The translations under genes and the position numbers were made by a program. From a virus: 64,000 nucleotides of DNA. Positions within the stretch are counted from its first letter, which is position 1, and every line of letters begins with the position of its first letter. The stretch is taken from positions 32,001 through 96,000 of the IMG/VR virus record IMGVR_UViG_3300042197_003184; one strand, written 5' to 3'. Shown piece after piece: positions 1-12,300 of the stretch. The notes below the pieces were generated by a model. It was not told the DNA's origin. It worked only from the letters and a program-made list of their open reading frames with translations, and did not search any database.

Positions 1-204
1 TATATAGATGATCAGGGTAATTTTATTGATAAGTTTGGTAATAGAGTAGACGAATCGGGAGACTATGTTGTTGATCCACAACCATTTCTTGATGACGACG
101 GAAAACCAGTTGTTGTTGAGGACGAAACCGAAAATGCTGTCGCGGAAACACCAGATGAACCAACCAAAACAAACACCTCAACCGGAGCCAAGAAATCCAG
201 TTAA
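1..204 (+). CDS. 3' end of upstream gene (partial), probably a tail assembly chaperone-type protein
   Basis: Frame 1 is open from base 1 (YIDDQGNFIDKFGNRVDESGDYVVDPQPFLDDDGKP...AKKSS) to TAA at 202-204. It is missing from the ORF track because it has no start in the window. The function is inferred only from its position just upstream of the TMP. Confidence 0.6.
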   Translation, partial: YIDDQGNFIDKFGNRVDESGDYVVDPQPFLDDDGKPVVVEDETENAVAETPDEPTKTNTSTGAKKSS

Positions 205-248
205 TGGTCTTTTCCTATTAGGTTTAGTTTTTTCTAGATGTCTACCAG

Positions 249-276
249 AAATCCTCGTTAGTCGCGAGGATTTTTT
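249..276 (+). terminator. Intrinsic terminator-like hairpin upstream of the TMP gene
   Basis: AAATCCTCG (249-257) pairs with CGAGGATTT (265-273) around a 7-nt loop, running into a T tract (271-276). Confidence 0.65.
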
Positions 277-285
277 GGTTTTGAT

Positions 286-291
286 AAGGAG
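286..291 (+). promoter_or_regulatory. Ribosome binding site of the TMP gene
   Basis: AAGGAG 9 nt upstream of the ATG at 301. Confidence 0.75.
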
Positions 292-300
292 CATTAGCTA

Positions 301-3300
301 ATGGCTGGTTTTAATCTAACGGCTCAACTTAATCTACAAGGACCCTCGAATGTCAGAAAAATAGTTTCTGATATTCAGAGACAATTAGGTACTATCAAAG
401 GCACAATAGATTTCACTCTCAATCCGGGTACCGCCAGAAATGTTACTCAATTAAATTCTGCACTCAAAACACTAAACACCACTTTTACTACAACCAACAG
501 AACAGCAGTGTCTGCTGCTAATGCTATATCTCAATTTAATGCTGCCGTTAGCGGTATTAACACCAGATCCTTGACCACGAACATTGCCAGCTCTGCAACA
601 GCCACACAAAAACTGACATCGCAACAAAGACAAGCATCCAAAGCTATTGATGAGTCAGCTTATAGTATGCAGGAGTTTGGTAAGCAGTCTCAATTGGCTA
701 TCAAAAGATTTATTGCCTATAGCGCTGCTGCTGGTCCTATTTTAGCAGTAGCTAATGCTGCTCGTAAGGGTATTAGCGCATTTATAGAGTTTGACTCAGA
801 AGTTGTTAAATTACAACAGGTGACTGGCGAATCAGCAGGAGGACTAAAGGAACTAACTAATACTATCACGTCATTATCTAGTGGGTTGGGCGTTTCATCT
901 AGCGAATTGGTTAATGTTTCGTCCACATTAGCCCAGGCAGGCTTGAGTGCTAGAGATACAGAAAAAGCACTGAAAGCTTTGGCTCTTAGTTCTTTGGCTC
1001 CGTCATTCGATAATATGAATCAGACGGTAGAAGGTAGTATCGCTCTTATGAGACAGTTCGGTATTCAGGCCGGTTCTCTTGAGGGAGCATTGGGGTCGGT
1101 TAATGCCGTGGCTGCTAGATTTGCCGTAGAAGCTAGCGACATTATTGCCGCTATTCAGCGTACTGGTGGTGTGTTTGCCAGTGCCAGTAAGGGGGTTAGC
1201 GAAGGTACAGATGCTCTTAATGAATTTATTGCTGTGTTTACCAGCATTAGAGCGACTACTCGTGAAAGCGCAGAAACTATTGCTACAGGCTTGCGTACTA
1301 TTTTTACAAGAATACAAAGAGGCGGAACAATAGACGCTCTAAAGGAATATGGGGTTAACCTAACGGATTTAGACGGAAAGTTCGTTGGTGCCTACAAAGC
1401 GGTCGAGTTGCTGTCAAAAGGTTTGAATCAGCTTGACCCTAGAGATATTAGATTCTCCAAAATCGTAGAAGAGCTTGGTGGATTTAGACAGATCGGTAAG
1501 GTTATTCCTCTTATCCAGCAGTTTGCTACGGCACAGGAGGCACTCGCTGTTGCTCAACAAGGACAAGGCTCCTTAACAGAAGATGCTGCTGTAGCACAGC
1601 TTGCACTAGCAAATCAGATCTCCAAAGTTCGAGAAGAATTTTTAGCTTTATTTAGAGATATAGGAGCATCTGACACATTTCAAACATTAGCTAAGGGAGC
1701 GCTACAATTAACCAGCGCTATTATTGGCGTTGCTGATTCTGTGAAGGGGGTATTGCCAGTTTTGGCACTAATAGGTTCTATCAAGGGTACACAAGCCTTG
1801 TTGGAGTTCGGCTATGGTTTTACTGGGAGATCATCATCTGGAAGCAATAGAAAAAATACTCGTAATTTTGCTACTGGCGGTTATGTCCCCGGTGTTGGTG
1901 ATACAGATAGCATACCAGCCAATCTAACCCCGGGCGAGTATGTTATGAGTAAAAGGGCTGTTAGATCTATCGGTGTTGGAAATTTAAATAAAATGAACAA
2001 AGCTGGTGGTGGTAAAATATCAGATTATGGCGGAGCGCCTGCTGGTACAACCATCAACAACAGAGAAAATAAACCTGTTGGTATATCTAATGATACCTTT
2101 AGTTATTCAGGATTTTTTAATCCCCAAGGGATTTCTGTCACGATATCTTACGACAAAAAAAATAAAAGATATACAGCTCAAGCCCCAGCCGGATCCAAGG
2201 TTTCTTTAACCAAAAACGATATCAAAACCCTATTCAAAAACAATAAAGCTTCAGCGACAAGATTCGAAGAAATTAGTAGGGGTACTCTGGGAGGAACATT
2301 AGCCAATACCACAGACCCTAATTATCCTATCGATATTATTGATGGACAAAAACTATACGACACAAAGCTTTCTGTACCAGGAAACTATAAAGAAAAAGAA
2401 GCGGTACTAAAGGTTTTAAACTATAAACTAGATAAAGCCAATATAGGATATCAATATAACCAAGGCTCACAAGCGATCAAATTGTCTAGACCATCACCTA
2501 GACTACTAGGAGCTAATCTGACGCCAGCTTCTGATCCATTAAAAGCCCGAGAGTCTTTTTCTTTCGTATATCCAAAATTTGAAAATATACAAACCAAAGA
2601 TATCCAGGATCTACAGACCGATTTACAAAACAGATACGAGACATTCTCTGGTCTTAGTAGTCAACAGAATAGTGGTAAAAATTTATCTGATGCTGCCAAT
2701 AGGCTCAAAAACTTATCACAATCAGCCATAGAAACCTATCAATCCGATGCCAGAGGCATGAGTGCTATTGATGAAATTTCAGGCGATAAAAATATAATAA
2801 ACCTACTAAGAAATTATTCTTCTAGATCTTCTGGTGGCATAATTCAGAAATTTGCTACAGCCGGGGTGGTTAAAGAGCCCCAAAACATACCGGATAAAGT
2901 CGCTGAACTAGCTGCCAAAAAACAGCTATCTATACAGGACGTTATATTGTCTGAGTTCCAAGCTATTACAGGAGCTAGACTAAAGAGAGATCTTGGTATT
3001 CCAAACGCCGTTAGTTTACCCAGGGTTCCAGATTTACGCGCCGGTGTTGGTGTTGATAAAATCAAAGAGTTGGTCAATCGATATCTGCATATGAAAGGTA
3101 TAGAGAGCGCAGCAAAAGCAGAACAGATTGCTAAGATGAGAAAAGTAGCAATCGCAGGATTATTTCCGTTAGATTACTCTAAGGATTTTGATGACTGGAC
3201 TCTAGAAGATGGTAGACAAATCTATGGTATGGTTAGAGGATTTGGGAGTGAGTTCTTAGATGATATTCAACTAATGCAGCAGCGCACCATGGCCGCTCGC

Positions 3301-6300
3301 GACGAGTTTGCCATTAATGTACAAAACCGAAAAGCTTTGGGGTTATTGGCTGGCTCTTCAGTTCAGGGGCCTATTCAGCCTCTGGCGATAGATTTTGATG
3401 AAACACTAGCTCTTGGCACAAAAATGGTTGATGCTCAAGGAGAAGAAGACTTAGCGGCATATCGAGACCCAACAAAAGTTGCCGATAGCTTAGCCAAAGC
3501 TCGCCCAACAACTTTGGCCCAGCGCATGGCTGAGATAGAGAAAAGCAATCCAGGAGTTCTAAGAAAATACTCTAGAATCCTAACCGCCAGACCACAAGAA
3601 ACAGCCAGCATCATTGCTGCTACACTAAATAGATTTGGTTTACCATATCTAGAAAGTGACATCACTGGCCTAGCAAAAGGTCTTGGTACCAATATTCCAC
3701 TAGCAAAAGCCAATGATTTAGGTATCTTTGAAAAACTTATCGACGATAGCGAAGCTAATGTCAAAGCCGTGAGATCGTCGGGGAAAAATGCTTTTCAATA
3801 CGGAGAAGTCGAACCTCTTACCTCCGCAGCTGCTGGAAAAATCGGACAGTCAAATGTTGAAGCTAGTATTTTAGAAGGAGCTATAGGACAACAACTAGGA
3901 TACCCTATAGATATTGCGGCTCTGGAAAGAAATAGAGCAGTAGACTTTCCCCAAGGTCTTGGTAGAGCTGCCCAATATTTTGGCATACCTCCAAATATAG
4001 AAACAGAGATCAAAAGAACATTAGATGGAGACGCTTTTTTTAAAGCCAGAGGAGAGTTCAGTAGGTATTTTACAGAAAATCCTTCTTTGTTTAGCAACGG
4101 AGGTCTGGTTCAGTTTTTTGCAGATGCTGGGGAGATCAAAGATAGATCTACTAAGAATAGAAGAAGAGGAGCTTATGGAGCAAGAGGTTTTGTTCCGTTA
4201 AATAGTAGAGAATACGAAGCCTTTGCTGATAAAGCTTATGCCGAGGCCGGTCCGTATGGTGGTCCTGGATGGGGAAAATCAGCGGGCGTACCAATGCCAA
4301 AAGTTTTGGCGGATTATGCTGAAAAAATAAATAGATATGTTTTTGAAACTGGTGGTGCTGGATTATCTATAGGTAAGAAATTAGTTAGGATTCCAGACAA
4401 TATTGAGCCAGAAGCACTGGAAGCGTTAAAAGAAGACTTGATTAGACAGTATGACGGATGGTATGCTGAGATAGAAGAGGTGATGCCGTTTGGTAAGGCT
4501 ATTAACACATCAAATCCAATAACTGTCGCCAAAAATGCCAGGATGCAAGCTGCCGCTATGGCCGAGGCTGGAAATGCAGCCTATACACAAGCCGAGGATG
4601 CTATATCTGGTTTCAAGAAAACAGGAATCCTTGCTGGTTTTGATCCGTCAATAGAGAGCCATATCAAAACTTCTTTCCCAGCATATATTAAAGAGCTAGA
4701 GTCTTCTTTGAGATCCGAGACAGACCCTGATGAAAAATCTTCTATACAAAGAAAACTCAAAAAGGCTCAGGCAGCATGGCCAGATTATCAATCTTTGTTA
4801 TCTGGTACTCCGGTAGCTAATCAGGGTAGAATTACTGGGCTTTCAGAAACTCTCAATACCCTATTGGAAAGATATGGTAGTCCGGTATCTTTTGGCGAAA
4901 TAGATAATATTATCAAAGCTATGGGCTCTAAATTGCTTGGCAAAGCCTCTGGTGGTCTCATATCTTCTTTTGCTAGTGGTGGCAAAATTGGATTAGATGA
5001 TATTCGCAAAACCATAGAGGATAAATATCCCGATTATAAGTTTAGAATTAATCCAAAATCTAGTGGTTTTGGCTATAGAATGTTAGTAAGACCAGCTTCC
5101 AAAGATGCTCCTGAATCTTTGATGGCTTTTGATCTGGTGTCCAGACTATCTGATGCTCCAGCATTGGCAGAAAAACTCATAGGCAGAATACAAGAACAAC
5201 AAGGTGCTCAAAAATTTGCTTCTGGTGGTTATATTCCTGCTATGGTCAGTAATGGAGAAGCATTTGTACCCCCCGAAACCGCACAGAAGATAGGCTTTCA
5301 TACTCTAAACAGAATGAATCAAGCTGATCGTAATGGTATGGGTCAATTTGCTGGTGGAGGAGATATTAGTTTATTTAAAGGACCAGGTAGTGGGACCAGC
5401 GATAGTATAGGGCCTATTCCTTTGCCTGTTGGTGGTTTTGTTATTCGTGAAGCGGCTACCAGAGCTTTGGGTTTATCTAGAAAAGGTGGTGGTCCTATAG
5501 GACAAATCAGGTCTTTTGCTGTCGGAGGAAATAAAGGAGTTCCTGTATTGGGGACTAATAGACCCGATATTGTAAGTAGGTCAACCGTTGCCGTGTCTCC
5601 AGACACTATTCAGGGCGTTGCCACCTTGATCGATATTCTAGGAGAACTCGGTAGTGTAGCAAAAAATTCCGCAGATCTCATTAAAACCAATGGAGAGATT
5701 AGTTATAAGGTAGTAGAAAAAGCATTGGTTAAAGACATAGAAAGATTAAAAATATCTGGAGCAGGAATAGATAAAATTGCAATTGCTGAAAAATTATTAT
5801 CTGAGACTAGAAATAAAGGTAAAGCAGAAGTAGATAAACAAAAAAACCTACAAGGATTATCCTCTTTGAGAGGTAGTTCTACCACAGCCATACTTGGTGG
5901 ACAAACCGTAGGTAATCTACAAGCAGGAGCTGGCGCTGGTCAGCAAGCCATTGAAACACAAGCTCAGATGATAATAGAAGAAAAGATCAAAGCTCGTGGA
6001 GGGAAGGTATCAGATAAGCAAAGAGCTAAGATAGTTGAGTCGTCGTATGTTGATGCTGCATCTCAAATAACTGGAGTTAATAAAAAAGATTTTAAGGCTG
6101 CTGGTATAGGAGGATCAGATATACAGCAATATATTGCTGAATCGATGAGAGATCGTAAGACCCTATCCCAAATGGATAAACAGCTTATTGCCATAAAGCA
6201 AGAAGAAGTCCGTAGATCTGCAAATTTTTCTAGTTTGTCCAGAACAGAACAACAGAGGCTGTTACAACAAGCCAAACAAACAGCCGAACAAGAAATTAAA

Positions 6301-9300
6301 ACCAGAAGAGAAATCGTTAATCAATTAGCAGCCGAACAGGGTCGAGCAGGTGTGGGCGATGGTTCCGGTTCTATGGCTAGCGGACTATTTAGAAGACTAG
6401 AGAATCCTTTGGTTGCTCTTGGTCTTAGTAGTATGGGATCATTATTGGGATCCGGCACTCCTGGCAGTTCCAGCGAAGCTTCTCAAAACGCAGGTATTCA
6501 ATCTGGCATATCTACACTTAGTCAAGGATTATTTTTATCAGGACAAGTAGCTAGTATATTAGGTCCGGTAGCCGGTGGTGCTACTTTAGCAGCTTCGGCT
6601 TTGGCTTCGATAGCCAGCGCTTTCAAAGATGGGCGCAACGCATTTATAGAATTTGAGAAAAACCTAAGATCACAAAGGTTACAGAATACGCTTGAGGCAT
6701 TAGGTAACACATTTGCCCAACTAGAGAAAGACGTTAAAAATTTAGATCTACAAAATCAGGTATCTTCTCAACTAGTATCTGCTGGGTCAGAAGCGCAATC
6801 TTTAAACGATATTGTTACAGAAATACCTAAAGCGTTTTGGGTCAATATGTTTGATGCTGCTTTTAGCAGCAATCAGAGAGAAGCTTCGGATAGATCAAGA
6901 ATACTTGAAAAATTTGGAATATCAGCATATTTGTCTTCTACTTCCGCTTTTGGTTCAGAAGATAACAGAAGATTTTTCAACAGACAACTAATACCAGAAC
7001 AAGCACTAGCCAATGCAAGAAGTTTTTCTGAGGTAGGATTAAATACTCGTAGATTCATAGAAAATAGGGCAGATGCTGGAGCTAGCCTCAACGAAATAAT
7101 GAACTCGGCCGACTTTGCTCAGTTTGCTCGAAACATAGCTTTATCTAATGTTGAAGTTCAGAAACAAATATTGGCTATACAAAACTCAACATCTGCCAAT
7201 AAAGAAGCCGAACAACAGGCTATTATCACCAGATATGCAGAATCAGAAACCATAAAAATCGCACAAGCAGCTTCTAGACGTAGAAATTCCGAAGGATTAG
7301 ACAGAGAAACCAGATCATTCTCTGTTAGTATACAAAGAATTTCTCAAAATATGCAGGACGTAATTTCTGTCATAAATAGTAATCTTACTAGATTTAATGA
7401 AAAAATAGAGTACACCGTAGCAGCCATGTCTGGACAAGCCAGATCTGGACAGGTGTCTTTTGGTACTCTAGACGTTTTAAGGTCACCAAACGCCTTTTCT
7501 GGTTTCGACAGACAATCAGCCGCCGACAGAGCAGGATCTTTATTTGGTGGCGACCAAAAACTCATCAGCTCCCTCCTTGTGCTAAACAAGAACCTAGAAG
7601 AAAATATTATGAGAGCTATAGATTCTACTATAGCTAATAATCCATCTTCTAGCGATACAAAAATAGGTTTAAGTATAGACCAAGCTGTTCAAAACACTAT
7701 TAATCAATTAAACCTACCAGACGCTATAACCAAACAACTTAGCAGAGAAATAGGATTGGCCGTTGATAGACTGAGACAAAGCGGTAAAGAAAAGATAGAT
7801 TTTGAAGCATTAAAAAACGAGGTGCCTCAGCTAGAAAATATTATATCTAGCACTAGAGTTGCCCAGGAAGGGGCGATAAAGGCTTTGGAAAACTGGCAAA
7901 ATCAATTAAATGAGTTGACTCAGGCCATGAATAAAAGCTCGGATCTACAAATTTCTGCTGCTGATCGTAGAAACCAAGCCGAAGATATCGTAATTAATAG
8001 CAGTATAGAACTAGCTAAAGCGCTAGGTAGGAATTTCTCTGCTGGCTTTGGTAATAACTTAAGAGATAGACGTACCGCACGATTAACGGGAGGAGCTACT
8101 TCCCCAGAGGATATTTCAAACAGGTTAAGGAATTTAACACAACTCGGGGAAAGTCAATCAGCCAGCCTAGCTGCTCAATCAGAAAGAAGTGTTGGAGATA
8201 CCGGATCTTTGGATTCTATTGTGGCTAATCAAAGAGCTTTGAGACAAACGAATAACGAACTCAGACAAACACAACAGGCTTTGAAAAATTTAGCAGAAAA
8301 TTCCGAGGCGGCATCTCTGGCCTTATCTTCTATCCAAGAAACACAACAAAGACAGCAAGGCCGGGTTGCCTTAATAGAAAAACTAGTATCTAGTACGCCA
8401 GAAGAACTGTATAAATTCAGTGCCGCAGCAGACAGGCTTCAAAAAATAGCCAGAGGACAACCGGTTAATCAAACCTCTGACGAAAGAAGAGAAACATTAT
8501 CTGTATTTAATGATATAGCTCCTATGTTGGGTTCTTCTTTAGAAGCCAATAATATGAGAGCCAATATGCTTGAATCAATGCTTAGTGAATCTGGTGTTGG
8601 TTTAACTCCTCAGTTTCAGGCTATATTAAATGCTCTCAGAGATCCCCAAACCGACCCAGCCACACAAAAGGCGATAGAAGAATATTCTAAAGCTATTGAT
8701 ATACAATCTAGAGCTAATATAGAATTAGCAAAAATTAATACAGACCTAGCAGACCAAATAGCAGATGCTTCGGCTCGTGCCCTAAAGGATGCTTTAACAA
8801 ATCAGGTAGTTAAGTTTGAAAGCACTCAACTGGCAGATATTGCCAGAGGACTAAGATCATTAACCACCACAACACAAAACCAAGCAGCACCCCCCGTAGC
8901 CAGAGCAGATGGTGGTATAATCTATGCTGCTACAGGAACTAACGTACCAGATTTTGCTCCGAGAGGAACAGATACGGTACCTGCTATGTTGACACCAGGA
9001 GAATTTGTAGTTAATCGTTCGGCAACACAAAAAAATCTGCCACTACTTAATGCTATAAACAATGGCTATAGTAAAGGAGGCAGGGTTTCTTATTATCAAG
9101 ACGGAGGTTATGTTAGCAGTACGCTGAGAGAAGAATATCAAAACAGAGAACCATTTAAGGAATCTAAAGGCTCCTATATGGTATTGCCAGAAAATATAGG
9201 AGAGCCAGAAGATTTATATACTTGGAACAAAGTTCGCAGTGTTGCTGTTCCGTCAACAGATAATGTTGAAAAAATTAATATAAACTCTAAACCCAATGAT

Positions 9301-12300
9301 CAGCTATATATAAAAGCCAATAGACAACTAGGTTATGGTTATACGGGATTTAGGGCTCAATATGATACTTCTGCCGGAGAGTATAGTTTTTGGAGATTCA
9401 ACCCAGAGGGGTCTTTATCTCCGAGTATACTAAAGCCTTTAGGTCGCTATTATTTAAGCCCAAGACTTCTTGAGCTTGGTTCAGGTTCAGAAAAACAAAA
9501 GCTGGTCGATCAAACCGGCATACCAAACCGAACAGAAATCGAGGATTATACAGCAAGACTAAATAATATTTTGAAACATCTACCGTCAAAAGCATCCAGA
9601 TCTGCTGGACAAGGAACTATTGAAATTGATGGCTCTAAAATCATAGTAGAAGATCAAAAGTTTGCTGGTAGCACCGGACAACTAACTGCTTATACCAAAA
9701 ACCAAGAAGTTGTTGTAAAAAATCTAGCCAAGTCTCTTGATAGCAACTTAAATTATGGATTATATACATCGTCTCCTATGGTTGGTTTGACCCATAGTCT
9801 TGATTCTATAATGGATTTTTCTGGAGATCATTGGGGTCGTTTTTTCTTTGGTAGTGCTGCTCAAACCCGCAAAGAATCCTCTGGTAGTTCTGAGTCTTTA
9901 TTACGAAGCACTAGTGGCGGTAAATATGCTTTAACGTATAATCCAAAATTAGATAGCTTATTTGATCCTGATAAATTACCAGACATTATTAGTGCATTGA
10001 AATCGTCTCAGGAAGCACTAGCTAATGAGGAATTTGCAACATCAGATAAGAATACTGGTATAGACAAACAGAATACAGCACTTAGAGAGTTATATATTGG
10101 CACCATAGCTAAACAAATATTGGAGGGTAGAGCATCCTCAAATCAACAAGATGGGCAATCAACAGACAAAGAATATGCTTATAAGTTTGGACCAGAATTT
10201 GCTAATGCATCTAAATTAACAGTTTATGGTGTGACAACTGACGAATGGACTAAATCCAGAGATGGCTCTGCTTCTTATCTACAAAGATTTCAAAGCATTA
10301 TCGGCAAACAAAAAGAAGCTAAATACTGGGATCCTGATGGGACGTACAAAACTCCGTTCGATATTGCTCCTAGAAGCGATTTGAATAGTAAGAAATTTTT
10401 CCCTTGGGTAGCTGGTGACGCTCCGGATCTGGCCGTTTTGGATGCTGAATTAAAAGAACGAGCAGATGCCACCCAGGCAGAAACGTATGGTAAACAAGGA
10501 GACACTATCCTAAAAAGCGGCAGATTCAAATTTAATGAGCTGCCATTTACTGTGCCATACGCTATGTCTTATGTGTCTTTAGAAAAGCCCAAAAAATATG
10601 ACGCAGCTACGGGGACTTATACAGACGAGAACCTACTGCCCAATGGGCTACAAAAAGCAGATATTATTAGTTCAGATAACTTATTTAGGAAAGCTAAGGA
10701 TGATTTTCCTAGTGTAACGGCAATTACGGATGCTACCGGCTCCAATGATAGCTCTGGTTCGTTAGGCTATGTTGCCGGTTTGATACAGAACTTTGTGAAT
10801 CAGTCTGATAGGTTCAAAAAATATTTTGGACTAATCAAAACGTCCTACTCAGAAGATCAGCCATCTGTTGAATTACAAAAGTTAAAATCGCAATTAAAAT
10901 ATTCTACTATTAATTTGGCTGGTAGTCAAAGTCCTTTCTTTGGCTTCTTAACGGGCTCAAATAAACAGTATACAGGTTATGATTCGCTAACCAGACCACT
11001 AACTATTGGCGATGTATTATTGGACCTAATAGACAGAGAAGCCAAGAATAAAACCTCAACTTTATCTGCTATAAAAAATCAAAGATATTCGTCTAAACCA
11101 GAAGACTCTGACAACAAAACCAACTTCAAACTATCCCAGTATCCTGCACTGGCTCAGGGGTTAATATACTCAGCATATGACCTATTTGGTTCTGGTAAGA
11201 CATACGAAATGCCTAATAGTTTGGGTCGTGGCTGGTTTAGTCCTCGAATGAGCCAAAGATATAATAGTATTTTTGAGATTCAGCCTGAACTTATTCAGGA
11301 TTATATGAAACAGCTATCTATTATTTTTGGAAATCAATATGCTAATCTAGAATCGAACTTATCTAGATTTGTTGGAACACCAGAATATGACAAAGCTATA
11401 GAGACCATGAGCTACTTACAAGGTGCTCAAAAGGCTTTCTTTATGATTGGTGATCCGGCGACTGGTACGTCGGTACTAGGAGGCTTGCTGGATAGATCAA
11501 TGTTTGATGATAGGGTTTTTGACCAAGCCGAAAAAGAAGCAATAACCAATGTTTTCAAATCGTTAGGCGCTTCTGGTAAAGACTCCAGAATTCGCAGTCG
11601 TTTATTGGATACTATATCGGAGGATGAGAAAGTAGATTGGGAAAGACAATTAACTGGGTCTAGAATTAATGATCCCAAAACAAAAAACTCAGCAACACAA
11701 GAATTTGGCGAAGTGAATGTTCCACAAACATTCAATGATCTTTTTGATTTAGGTATTAATCCATATAATCAATTTACTAATCGAAATATTAGAAAATCTA
11801 TTTTTGATAGATTTTTAAGCAATATTGCAACAGCTCAAGACAGAAGAGGCAGACCACTATTCTCTACTAGTGGCGGTAAAGAGTTTGGAGATGCTTTAAG
11901 CAATCTGCGTTTGTGGTATGGTGGAAATGACGAAGATTGGCAGGGCTTAGATTATTTATATGATAAAAACATCAAACCCATAGAGAATACCGATACTGTC
12001 CCATCATATAATGATAGATGGAACGAACTCAATAGCTTTAATAGAAAAGATAATCTCTATAAAGATGCTGAAACCTCTCACTCATTAGTGGGCGGTAGAG
12101 AAAAATTTGGAGAGCTTCCTCCATTAGATTTTTATAAAGACAGAGGAGACGAGATCCAATATCGACGTACTGGTGGTATTATTTATGCTTCTCAAGGATC
12201 ATTAGTTAACTTTGAGCCTAGAGGCACAGATACTGTTCCTGCGATGTTGACTCCAGGAGAATTTGTCGTAAATCGATCTGCTACGCAAAAACACTTGCCG

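Noticed and set aside
65-301. 78-aa ORF from the track
   Set aside because: It is an out-of-frame overlap of the frame-1 gene end (1-204) and runs through the terminator hairpin.
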